From positions 628 through 64,627 of the forward strand of contig JBATNG010000017.1 in the NCBI GenBank assembly GCA_049290235.1: a DNA stretch of 64,000 nt, read 5' to 3'. This document shows positions 47,897 to 57,366 of this stretch, piece by piece. This stretch comes from Candidatus Moraniibacteriota bacterium (GTDB lineage Bacteria; Patescibacteriota; Minisyncoccia; Moranbacterales; UBA1568). The notes beneath the pieces were generated by a model. It saw nothing but the letters and a program-made list of their open reading frames with translations. It did no database searches and had not been told where the DNA came from. Both the position numbers and the translations under genes were made by a program. Position 1 is the first letter of the stretch. Every line of letters begins with the position of its first letter.

Positions 47897-48790
47897 ATGT
47901 CGCAATCAACCAATCGCTCAATCAAGACGCTTGTCGTCAACGGCCTCTACCTCGGTGCTGCTTTTCTGTTTGCGTTTATGATCGCGACACAGGCACTGAT
48001 GCACAAGATCAATAACTACGAACTCAACAAGAGCCTTATTTTCCTTACGGTAAAGAAGGAGCGAGTGGATGTTTCAACCACTGTTGCTGGCCGGATTGAA
48101 GAGATTCTGGTCCGACAGGGGTCATCGGTAAAAGAAGGTGAAATCGTTGCTCGATTGAAAGATGAGGGGAGAGTGTTAAAAATTGCCGCACTACGTCCAG
48201 TCGCTGGGGCAAACCTCTCCGCTCGTACCGAGCTCGAGCTGCTTTTGGCACAGGAGGATGAGTTCGAGATTCGTGCTCCGCGCTCTGGTGTCGTAGAGAA
48301 GGTCCATTCGACCAAGGGTACTTCCGTTATCGAGGGGTCTGTCCTACTCACGGTGTATGCCAATGATGATCTTGAACTCGTCGGCACTATTCGCCCAGAG
48401 CAATATAACCTCATCGACAAGCACCGGAGCATCAGTGTCTTTAACCCGCGGCTCGGCCAGGCCTTCACTGCTTCGTTCCAGGGTATCACTGGTGTCCGTG
48501 ACGATCTCTTGCCAGATGGGACCATCGCACCAGTCCAGAATGACGCGGTAAAGAAAAACGAGATGTACGAAATTCGGTTCTCGCTCAATGAAAAGGAAGA
48601 AGGAGGATCCTTTATTGAAGGAGAGAAGCTCGAGGTCATCTCGGAAAACGCTGATGTCGAGCAGTTGAAGCCTCTCTATCGTCTGGCGCGGATGTGGAAC
48701 AGCCTGATCCTCGGGACAGATTTCGACGCGCTCCGTAAATACAATGAAGGAAATAATAATGACATTCCCAAGACTGAAGAATCTCAGTAA
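47897..48790 (+). CDS. HlyD-like membrane-fusion / periplasmic adaptor-type protein
   Basis: N-terminal TM; lipoyl-like hairpins GEIVARL and GSVLLTV. Confidence 0.5.
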   Translation: MSQSTNRSIKTLVVNGLYLGAAFLFAFMIATQALMHKINNYELNKSLIFLTVKKERVDVSTTVAGRIEEILVRQGSSVKEGEIVARLKDEGRVLKIAALRPVAGANLSARTELELLLAQEDEFEIRAPRSGVVEKVHSTKGTSVIEGSVLLTVYANDDLELVGTIRPEQYNLIDKHRSISVFNPRLGQAFTASFQGITGVRDDLLPDGTIAPVQNDAVKKNEMYEIRFSLNEKEEGGSFIEGEKLEVISENADVEQLKPLYRLARMWNSLILGTDFDALRKYNEGNNNDIPKTEESQ

Positions 48791-50732
48791 GTACATCCTC
48801 GGGGCGGCCGTTATCGGCAGTTCCGTTCTTTGGTTTGTCTGGTCACAGAAGTCGGCTGATCCGATAGTCACTCCAAAACACGAAGAAGTAACCGTTTATA
48901 CCCCGAAAGAGCGAAGCGTCGGGGAGCGGACCAATACCTGGTTTTCCAGCCTGTACCGAAGTTTCCCGTCCGCACCACTTTTTGTCTTCCCAGGATCCTA
49001 TCAGTTTACGGAAAGCGGGCTATCCATCAGTGATTCGCAGCTTGTCCCGACTGAAAAAACGCTGTACGGGAGTTTCAACCCGGTATGCACAGTGAATGGC
49101 ACCAACTCGGTCAAGAACATCACGGTGGAACGCTATGGAGACTGGGATGTTTCCGTCGCGGTTGAGCCATCAGTGGGGGATTCTTGGAGCGTGCAGCTCG
49201 TCCAGGGTTCGCCGATCGTGAATATCTCGGACTTTGTTTCCGATATGAAACCAGCCTGTGGAGATGGTGTCCAGCCGTCAAGATATCGGCAGGACGCGAT
49301 TCTCGTAAAGCGCGGCGACCAGCCGGTGCTTCTTATCCAGGCGATGGATGCCGAAGCAACAGAGGGTATCGTTCTCCGGTCTGAATCTGACCGGTACCGA
49401 GTGATCCAGCTCCCAATCTCTACCGACCAATCACTCGATTTCTTCCTCGATCTCGCTTGGGATCGAGTTCTGGATACCCAGTACGACTGGTCCGAAGATC
49501 AGAGTACTGAACGTATCAGACTCGTCACGCTCACCGAGAGTGGTCAGTCGTCTCTCACCACCGTCTGGCCACATCACCGTCTGGCGGGTGTGAGTATGAC
49601 ATCATTTGGGAGCTATTCGACGGTGTATGGTCGTCTTGATCTCGTCCGTTCCGATCGGATCGAATTCCGCCAGTCACGACCCGAGCTCCCGATCGGATTC
49701 AAGCCGGTAAGCGACGAGGCTGAACGGGCTAAAATCGAGGAATCTCTCCGCACGGACAGCCTGCGGTATCAAACGGAGACACCTCCATCCGGAGTGTATT
49801 TCCGTGGCGCCTGGTTTGGCGGCTTAGCGAGTCTCATCCTCTTGGCGGATGCGTACGGGCTTGAGGATGAGCGATCGAAACTGCTTGATCTACTCGAGAC
49901 ACATTTCCGTCCCGCGCTCGTTGACTTTGCGTATGATGATGCAAAGAAAATGCTCATTGCTGCGAAGAATTCGGAATTCGGCAACGAAAAGGGGAATGAT
50001 CACCATTTTCATTACGGCTACTATCTCCGCTCGGGTGCCGTGCTCGTCCAGTATCGTCCAGAGATCCGGGGAGAGCTCGTGCCGATTCTGAACGAAATGG
50101 CGCTCGATATCGCGAATACCGATCGATCATCTGATCGTTATCCGTTCCTGCGCCACTTCTCGCCGTACGCCGGTCATTCGTGGGCGGATGGGGAAGCGCT
50201 CTTTCAGGATGGCAACAATCAAGAATCAAGCTCGGAGGCGTTGAACGCTTGGTATGCCCTCTCGCTTTGGGGGAGTGTGACCGGCCAAGAAGTCTATGCT
50301 ACTACGGGGCGGAATCTCTACGCGCACGAACTCCTCGGCATCCGGTCATATTGGTTTGGCGAAGGGAATGCGTTTCCGTCTGAATACCGTCACCCGATCG
50401 TTTCACTCGTCTGGGGTGGAAAGCGTGACTACGCGACCTGGTTCAGCGCTGACCCGATGCATATCCAGGGGATACAGTGGCTGCCGATGACACCGGCATC
50501 GACCTACCTCGGCCGACTCCCGGGCCATGAGGCACGGATGCGTGATCTGGGATCGAGTGGAGCTCTTGCAGCGACTCATGAGTGGGGCGACCTCTATATC
50601 GCGTATCTGTCGTATCATGATCCGGCGGAAGCGCTCCGGAATCTCGAGTTGGCCGTCCCACGCCAGGCAATCAAATCAACCGCACTCCTCCGGCACATTG
50701 TCTACACGAACTCGTCCTCAGGTAATCGCTGA
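48759..50732 (+). CDS. secreted glycoside hydrolase, probably GH81 endo-beta-1,3-glucanase
   Basis: NDHHFHYGYYL and QESSSEALNAWYALSLWG resemble the GH81 signature blocks as I recall them. N-terminal signal/TM. Confidence 0.5.
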   Translation: MTFPRLKNLSKYILGAAVIGSSVLWFVWSQKSADPIVTPKHEEVTVYTPKERSVGERTNTWFSSLYRSFPSAPLFVFPGSYQFTESGLSISDSQLVPTEKTLYGSFNPVCTVNGTNSVKNITVERYGDWDVSVAVEPSVGDSWSVQLVQGSPIVNISDFVSDMKPACGDGVQPSRYRQDAILVKRGDQPVLLIQAMDAEATEGIVLRSESDRYRVIQLPISTDQSLDFFLDLAWDRVLDTQYDWSEDQSTERIRLVTLTESGQSSLTTVWPHHRLAGVSMTSFGSYSTVYGRLDLVRSDRIEFRQSRPELPIGFKPVSDEAERAKIEESLRTDSLRYQTETPPSGVYFRGAWFGGLASLILLADAYGLEDERSKLLDLLETHFRPALVDFAYDDAKKMLIAAKNSEFGNEKGNDHHFHYGYYLRSGAVLVQYRPEIRGELVPILNEMALDIANTDRSSDRYPFLRHFSPYAGHSWADGEALFQDGNNQESSSEALNAWYALSLWGSVTGQEVYATTGRNLYAHELLGIRSYWFGEGNAFPSEYRHPIVSLVWGGKRDYATWFSADPMHIQGIQWLPMTPASTYLGRLPGHEARMRDLGSSGALAATHEWGDLYIAYLSYHDPAEALRNLELAVPRQAIKSTALLRHIVYTNSSSGNR

Positions 50733-50754
50733 AGTGGCGAGGAGAAGCTGAGAC

Positions 50755-50793
50755 AATAAAAAAATCAATCCGCCAACTGGCGGATTGATTTTT
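50755..50793. terminator. bidirectional rho-independent terminator
   Basis: aaaaaaa-aatcaatccgcc-aact-ggcggattgatt-tttt. Confidence 0.7.
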
Positions 50794-51319
50794 TAGTGAG
50801 GTGGGGGACTCTCTTACAAGAGCCCGACCTGACCGAAGAAAGTGAGGGTGAGGACTGGCACGAGAGCGAGGAGGAACGCCATAGACGTTTCCTGGCTTTG
50901 CGCCTGTTCTTGGGCGACTTTGGCACAGTTCTCACACGAAGGGCCGCTGCACGGAGCCTCCATGACGGGCTCGTTTCCCTTGGTCTCCATAGGAGTTTTT
51001 GTTTTTATTTTTTATTAAAACGACCTTGCCGAAAGAAAAAAACGGGGGGCAGAGCCACCCGTTTCTCTCACTTCAACATATTTAGTATACTCCCGTTTTT
51101 GGTAAAAGTCAAGACCTGTTAGAGGTTTAATGAAGTATGTTCAAAAGAATCCTAGCGGTCCTTCATCGATGGCGGGTGTTCAAAGAAGTTCTTCCTGACT
51201 TCTAACAGGGTCAGACCCCTGCTCGGACAGAAGGTCGTTCGGGGAATGCTGAAACATATGATTGTCATCAGCATCGGGTAGAAGATTTGGCGAGAATGTT
51301 GTACACTAGAAAACAACAT

Positions 51320-52057
51320 ATGGCAGAGCGGAAACAACAACTCGTTATCTCGATCGCACTCCTTGGTTCGGCAATGCTCCTCTTGGCGGGCTGTTCATGG
51401 GAGAGTTCGCCGGTGGTGAAGGATGCTAAGCCGGCTGAGTTGCCACTCGATAAATTGAAGCGGGCTGAGACGGACCGAGTGCTCGCTGAAGAAAACAAGA
51501 AGAAGGAAGTCACTAAACCAGTAACCCCAGCACCGGCTATGAATCAGAAACAATATCCGTCGGCACCCGCCATGAGTATCGATCCGGCCAAGCAGTATGT
51601 CGCCACGCTGCATACGGAAAAAGGTGACATCGAGATTGAGCTCGCTGCCAGTGCGACCCCAATTACCGTGAATAACTTTGTGTTCCTCGCGCGGGAGAAG
51701 TTCTATGACGATGTTGTTTTCCATAGAACCATTCCGGGTTTTATGATCCAAGGTGGGGATCCAACGGGTACTGGTTCGGGCGGCCCGGGGTATCGTTTCG
51801 ATGATGAAGTATTTACAGGAAGCTATAAACGAGGGACAGTGGCGATGGCGAATGCGGGACCAGATACGAACGGGAGTCAATTTTTCATCATGCATGCTGA
51901 CTATGCCTTGCCGCCGAACTATGTCATCTTCGGCCAAGCGACGAAAGGACTCGAGGCAGTTGATGCGATCGCGACTGCCCCGACCCAGCCTGGCGGTGAA
52001 GGATCGGCACCCACGACCCCAGTGAAGATCACCTCCGTCGAGGTAGTCGAACAGTAG
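51320..52057 (+). CDS. ppiB: cyclophilin-type peptidyl-prolyl cis-trans isomerase, lipoprotein
   Basis: Lipobox LLLAGCS. HRTIPGFMIQGGDPTGTGSGG. Confidence 0.85.
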   Translation: MAERKQQLVISIALLGSAMLLLAGCSWESSPVVKDAKPAELPLDKLKRAETDRVLAEENKKKEVTKPVTPAPAMNQKQYPSAPAMSIDPAKQYVATLHTEKGDIEIELAASATPITVNNFVFLAREKFYDDVVFHRTIPGFMIQGGDPTGTGSGGPGYRFDDEVFTGSYKRGTVAMANAGPDTNGSQFFIMHADYALPPNYVIFGQATKGLEAVDAIATAPTQPGGEGSAPTTPVKITSVEVVEQ

Positions 52058-52159
52058 CAAAGCCATCTTGACCTGCACCGGGTTTCGAGCTATACTGTGA
52101 AGGCTCAAATCGAAAGGCGGCAACGCCTTTTTTCGATACTAAACGTTCGTGAATGCTTT

Positions 52160-53950
52160 ATGGAAACCAGAAATGTCGCAATCATCGCACACGTCGACCA
52201 CGGCAAGACAACCTTGACCGATGCGCTCATGCGTCAGACGGGGGTCGCTATGGCCGCGGGTGCATCGATGGATTCGAATGCGCTCGAACAGGAACGTGGC
52301 ATCACCATCTATGCCAAGAACTGCTCGCTTTTCTATAAGGACACCAAGATCAATATCGTCGACACGCCGGGGCATGCCGATTTCGGTTCCGAGGTAGAGC
52401 GCGTGCTCCGCTCCATCGATGATGTCATCCTCGTCGTCGATGCACAGGAAGGCCCGATGCCGCAGACGCGCTTCGTTTTGAAGAAGTCGCTTGAGCTCGG
52501 ACTCCGCCCGATTGTCGTCATCAACAAGATCGACAAGCCGGCGGCTCGTCCGGACGATGTGAAAGAAATGGTCTATGAACTCTTCCTCGACCTCGGTGCC
52601 GATGACCATCAGCTGGAATTCCCAGTCGTCTATGCGATTGCCCGTGAAGCGGTCGCGATGAAGGAGTTGGCTGATCCGCGCACCGATCTCTCGCCGCTCC
52701 TGGATACGATTCTCGAGCGCGTCACTCCTGCTGAACATGATGTGAACAAGCCGCTGCGTGCTCAGCCGTTCAATCTCGGCTATGACAATTTCGTCGGTCG
52801 TCTCGCGATCGCCCGTGTCTATGATGGCCGTCTCGCAGTCAATGACTCGGTGATGCTCCGCAATGTGAATGGCAAGCAGTCGAGTGGCCGAATCGTCAAA
52901 CTCTTTACTTTCAAGGGGATGGAACGCGTGGAGAGCGAAATCGTCGAGGCGGGGGACATCGTCATGATCGCTGGCCTGCCGGATGTCGAGATCGGGGACA
53001 CGATCACAACGGATGTGAATGCTGAGCTTTTGCCCGCGATCGCGATCGATGAGCCGACTATTTCGCTCGACTTTATGGTGAATGACTCTCCCTTTGCCGG
53101 ACGCGAGGGCAAGTTCGTCACAAACAAACAGATCCGCGAGCGCCTCGAGAAAGAGCTTGAGATCAATGTCGGTCTCCGCATCGAATTTGCGGATGATCAC
53201 TACAAGGTCGATGGCCGCGGCGAGCTGCACATCTCCATCCTCCTGGAAAACATGCGCCGCGAAGGCTACGAGGTCCAGGTGTCCCAGCCGCAAGTCATCA
53301 TCAAGGATGTCGATGGCGTGAAGTCTGAACCGTTCGAGGAAGTGACGGTGGAGTGTCCGATGGAAGTGACCGGTCCGGTCATCGAGAAGCTCGGCAAGCG
53401 CAAAGGCATCATGATGGACATGCGCGAAGGTTCGGGCGGCTACCAACGACTGCTCTTTGAAATCCCGACGCGCGGCCTCCTGGGCTATCGCGGCGAATTT
53501 ATGGTGGATACGCGGGGCGAAGGGACACTCTATACTCGCGTCCTCGGTTTCCGTCCATACGCCGGACTGATTGACCACAAGGATGTCGGTGCCATGATCT
53601 CCATGGAAACCGGCAAGGCGGCCGCCTTCTCGCTCGACAATCTCCAGACTCGCGGGACGCTCTATATCGGCCATGCGGCTGAAGTATACGAGGGGATGGT
53701 CATCGGCAACGCCACCAAGGGCGAAGATATGTCGGTGAATCCGACCAAAGGTAAAGCGATGAGCAATATGCGCTCATCGGGGGCCGATGAAGCGATCAAG
53801 CTGACCCCGCCGTGGGAGCTGAATATCGAACGCGGCCTGGAAGTTATGAACGCGGACGAGTACCTTGAGATCACTCCGCTCTCGGTTCGGCTCCGCAAGC
53901 AATTTCTGAAAGAGACTGACAGAATACGGGCGACTCGAAGTAAAAAATAA
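52160..53950 (+). CDS. typA: translational GTPase TypA/BipA
   Basis: [28 protein letters not shown] at 52160. Confidence 0.9.
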   Translation: METRNVAIIAHVDHGKTTLTDALMRQTGVAMAAGASMDSNALEQERGITIYAKNCSLFYKDTKINIVDTPGHADFGSEVERVLRSIDDVILVVDAQEGPMPQTRFVLKKSLELGLRPIVVINKIDKPAARPDDVKEMVYELFLDLGADDHQLEFPVVYAIAREAVAMKELADPRTDLSPLLDTILERVTPAEHDVNKPLRAQPFNLGYDNFVGRLAIARVYDGRLAVNDSVMLRNVNGKQSSGRIVKLFTFKGMERVESEIVEAGDIVMIAGLPDVEIGDTITTDVNAELLPAIAIDEPTISLDFMVNDSPFAGREGKFVTNKQIRERLEKELEINVGLRIEFADDHYKVDGRGELHISILLENMRREGYEVQVSQPQVIIKDVDGVKSEPFEEVTVECPMEVTGPVIEKLGKRKGIMMDMREGSGGYQRLLFEIPTRGLLGYRGEFMVDTRGEGTLYTRVLGFRPYAGLIDHKDVGAMISMETGKAAAFSLDNLQTRGTLYIGHAAEVYEGMVIGNATKGEDMSVNPTKGKAMSNMRSSGADEAIKLTPPWELNIERGLEVMNADEYLEITPLSVRLRKQFLKETDRIRATRSKK

Positions 53951-53958
53951 GATAGGTG

Positions 53959-53986
53959 AAAGCCCCGAGAGCCGGGGCTTTTTTCT
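53959..53986. terminator. bidirectional rho-independent terminator
   Basis: aagccccg-agag-ccggggctttttt. Confidence 0.7.
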
Positions 53987-54014
53987 ATGTATTGAATGGA
54001 AAGAGGATGAAGAT

Positions 54015-55856
54015 CTATTTCTCAACTCGGAAGACTTTCACATAGTTGCCCGGACGGTCATCGAGCTCGAGCGACCAGACGGGTGGGATAGCGGTTTGGC
54101 GGTAGTAGCGATGGGCGGTCAGTCCGGAGAGGCGTTCCCAGCGAGTGAAGCGCGACATGTAGCGGGCTTCACCGCGGCGGGTGAGGACATAATAGTCCGG
54201 TTTGATTTCATTGCCATCAAATGTGTAAGCGGTGAGGCAGTGGCCCACAAAGAATTCGCAGACACCGTAGTAGTCGCTCCAGACGGTGAGTGCGGAAGCG
54301 TTCGGGAGCGTGTTTAGGTATTGGGCGGCTTCATAACCACCATAGCCCCAGGCATCAGCGATGAGAGCGTTTTTCGGCAGGAGGGTATTGGCGTAGTTTG
54401 CATAGAACGGGTAGATGGCACAGAGCGAAACGGCCGAAGCGATGATCACGACGAGCGCGATACCCTTCCGGAAGTTGGGCCACTTCGTTTCACCCCAAGC
54501 GGCGCATTCCCGCAGACCGAGCGCGCCGAGGACAGCGAGAAGTGGGAAGAGGATAATGGCGTAGCGCGCGGTGGCGAGGATATTGGAGTGGATCAGGATG
54601 AACGTGAAACCGAGCATGAAGAGTGACAGTGTGAGAATAATAGATCCGTCAGTGATTGCTCGACGCCGGAGCGCGATAATCCCAAGTCCGAAGAGGCTCA
54701 GGAGAAGCACTGGCGGGAGCGAGAAGACAATGGCATTCCATTCGAGGAAGAAGGCTTCGAGAAAGTTCGGTACACTCGCATGGTAACGGGCGTCGGTCAG
54801 GTCTTTGATGTCGAAGGGGATCGCATAGATGTTCCAGCCGGGGAAGGCATACCGGCTGATGATGACAGCAGTGAAGAGGAAGAGGAAGAAGATCGGTACG
54901 AGTTTGACGCTTGGCGCAGCCTTTCGGAGAAGGTAGCGGAGCTTCAGAAGGCACCGGGACTTGAGGAGGAAGAGATCAATGAGAAAGAGCAGCACGACCG
55001 GAGCGAAGGAATAAAGAAGGACTTCTTTGTCAGGGACGGTCGCGAGATACTCGGCCAGATATTTTCGGTCAAGGAAGAAGGCGGGGACGGCAGCGAGGAC
55101 AAGGACGACGGAGGCTGCAGCGATCATGACGAGACGGTAGAAACCGGTCGAGAGTTGCGTGCGGAGCGAATCAAGAGTCTCCTCTTCCGAAGCAGCGATG
55201 AAGTGGATGATGTACGCTAAGCCGAAAGCTGGGAATAGGATAAGCGCAGTGTATTTCGAAAGGAGTGCCAGCGTGGTGAACAGGAGAGTCGCGAAGAGGT
55301 CGCGCCGAGTGTCGAATCTGAGCAGCGCGAAATAGGAAAGAAAAGCGGCGGTCGAAGTTGACCAGAGAAGGGCATCGGGGTTTACGATTTGTGTCATGCC
55401 AAGAAGCACTGGCGAGAGCGCGGTGAGGCCCGAAGCGAAGAGTGCGGTCCACGGATCGAAGAGCCGGGCGAGGAGGAAAAAGATGTAGATGAGAATGAGG
55501 CCGTTCGCGAGGAGGAGCGGTAACCGGAAGGCGAGGAGGAGCGGCGCAGTTTCATCGACCTGGCACTGGTACAGCCGATTGTCTTGCTCCACGCAGTGTG
55601 TGGCCGTGTCAGGGAGGGCGAGGAGGGCTGGGCCAGTGATGAGGGCGAGCGAGACTCCGGGTTTGTCATTGATGAAGGTTTTTCGAAGCTCCCAGTCACC
55701 CCAGGCATTCCAATATTTCGGTACCCGCTCGTAAAGCCAGTAGTGTTCGTCCGCGGTCAGAAACTGAGTCAGGTGGAGCGAGCTGAAGAGCGCATAGAGC
55801 CCCATGACCAGGACGAAAAGCGGCTTGGGTTGGAGGAGGTTGGTGAGGAAGGACAT
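54015..55856 (-). CDS. GT-C family glycosyltransferase (GT39/ArnT/PMT-like)
   Basis: About 13 TM helices and a C-terminal soluble domain. Confidence 0.6.
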   Translation of the reverse strand: MSFLTNLLQPKPLFVLVMGLYALFSSLHLTQFLTADEHYWLYERVPKYWNAWGDWELRKTFINDKPGVSLALITGPALLALPDTATHCVEQDNRLYQCQVDETAPLLLAFRLPLLLANGLILIYIFFLLARLFDPWTALFASGLTALSPVLLGMTQIVNPDALLWSTSTAAFLSYFALLRFDTRRDLFATLLFTTLALLSKYTALILFPAFGLAYIIHFIAASEEETLDSLRTQLSTGFYRLVMIAAASVVLVLAAVPAFFLDRKYLAEYLATVPDKEVLLYSFAPVVLLFLIDLFLLKSRCLLKLRYLLRKAAPSVKLVPIFFLFLFTAVIISRYAFPGWNIYAIPFDIKDLTDARYHASVPNFLEAFFLEWNAIVFSLPPVLLLSLFGLGIIALRRRAITDGSIILTLSLFMLGFTFILIHSNILATARYAIILFPLLAVLGALGLRECAAWGETKWPNFRKGIALVVIIASAVSLCAIYPFYANYANTLLPKNALIADAWGYGGYEAAQYLNTLPNASALTVWSDYYGVCEFFVGHCLTAYTFDGNEIKPDYYVLTRRGEARYMSRFTRWERLSGLTAHRYYRQTAIPPVWSLELDDRPGNYVKVFRVEK

Positions 55857-55942
55857 AGGTTGGGATCGGATGACAGTTGTATATGTAGCATAGCATCCAC
55901 TTTCGAGCGAGACTCCTCGGGAGTAGGGTACAATAGGGATAT

Positions 55943-56521
55943 ATGCTCATCGAATGGATCATTCAATTCGGACCGATTACAAGCTTCTTCCTTGTTTTTG
56001 AAGCATCAGGATGGAATTTTTTTGCGGCGACTGCGGTACTCATGGCGACGGTCGTCCTTGCGACTGCTGCGAGCTGGTATCGGTCGAAGCAGGTGGCTTG
56101 GTTTCCGCTTTGGAGTGCTGGCTTCAGCCTCGTCTTTGGCGGCGCGACACTCTATTATGCGGACCCGCAGTGGCTCATCCTGAAGGACACACTCTATGAT
56201 GGCCTCTTCGGGCTGATGTTGCTGTTCGGGCTGGCGTTTCGGAAAAACTTGCTTCGGAAATTCTTCATGCCACTCTTTGCGATTACCGATCGCGGGTGGC
56301 ACATACTCGCGGTCCGCTGGGCGCTTTTTTTCCTTGTTTCGGCGACCCTGAATGAGGTGGTCCGACATTGGGTCACCCCGGAAATTTGGGTGCATTATAA
56401 GATTGCCAATACGGTTGCCTTTATCACCTTCGGACTCTATCAGCTGCGTCTCACAGGGCGGGAACGGCTGGCGACGGAAGCCAATCGGCTCGGCATGCGA
56501 CTCACTCATTATAAGAAATAA
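55943..56521 (+). CDS. yciB: inner-membrane septation-associated protein YciB/IspZ family
   Basis: Size and a five-TM pattern. Confidence 0.55.
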   Translation: MLIEWIIQFGPITSFFLVFEASGWNFFAATAVLMATVVLATAASWYRSKQVAWFPLWSAGFSLVFGGATLYYADPQWLILKDTLYDGLFGLMLLFGLAFRKNLLRKFFMPLFAITDRGWHILAVRWALFFLVSATLNEVVRHWVTPEIWVHYKIANTVAFITFGLYQLRLTGRERLATEANRLGMRLTHYKK

Positions 56522-56527
56522 TGTACT

Positions 56528-57328
56528 ATGGCTGATTTCATTGATGTGGTACGGTTTTCTGCGCTGCTGCTTTCCCTGTACCTCACGCTGGTGTTGGTTG
56601 TTGCCCTTTGTCGTGAGGACAACGGTATCATGGACATCGCCTACGGTGCGGGCTTCGTCCTCATCGCTTGGTGTCTGGCCTTCATGTGGCCGGATTGGAC
56701 TGATCGCCAGATGATTGTCCTCGCCTGCGTGACTCTCTGGGGAGTGCGTCTCGCGACGCGGATTCTTCTCAAGAACTGGAGCAAACCCGAGGACTTCCGC
56801 TATCACACCTGGCGTGAAGAGTGGAAGAAGAAAGGCATGCTCTATTTCTTTTTCCGCAGTCTCGGCCAGATCTATCTGCTTCAGGGTGCGATCATTCTCA
56901 TCGTCTCGCTACCAGTAATGATCGTGTTCGCGACGACACAGGCGCCAATCGAATGGTACAACTGGTTGGGCATCGGCCTCTGGTGTGTTGGTTTTATATT
57001 TGAGTTCGTGGGAGATTTCCAGCTCGACCGGTTCATCGGGAACAAAGACAATACTGGGAAAATCATGATGACTGGTCTGTGGAAGTATACGAGGCATCCG
57101 AACTATTTCGGCGAGGCGACGATGTGGTGGGGACTTTTCCTCGTTGTCTTTGGTCTACCATTTTCTCGCTTCGCTCTCGCAAGTCCTATCCTCATCACGT
57201 TTCTCCTCACTCAGGTCTCTGGTATCCCGATGCTCGAAAAGCGCTGGGCCGGCCGGCCAGATTGGGAAACCTACAGGGCCAAAACCAGTGCTTTCTTTCC
57301 CTGGATTCCAAAAAAAGCCTCGGAATGA
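56528..57328 (+). CDS. DUF1295 / steroid 5-alpha-reductase-like membrane protein
   Basis: C-terminal motif RHPNYFGE. Confidence 0.6.
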   Translation: MADFIDVVRFSALLLSLYLTLVLVVALCREDNGIMDIAYGAGFVLIAWCLAFMWPDWTDRQMIVLACVTLWGVRLATRILLKNWSKPEDFRYHTWREEWKKKGMLYFFFRSLGQIYLLQGAIILIVSLPVMIVFATTQAPIEWYNWLGIGLWCVGFIFEFVGDFQLDRFIGNKDNTGKIMMTGLWKYTRHPNYFGEATMWWGLFLVVFGLPFSRFALASPILITFLLTQVSGIPMLEKRWAGRPDWETYRAKTSAFFPWIPKKASE

Positions 57329-57366
57329 GGCTTTGGACGGGTTAGGTATTGGGGCGAAGGGGACTC

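Noticed and set aside
52139-53674. 511-aa minus-strand ORF antisense to typA
   Set aside because: typA on the + strand has unmistakable GTPase motifs, and the antisense ORF has no features.
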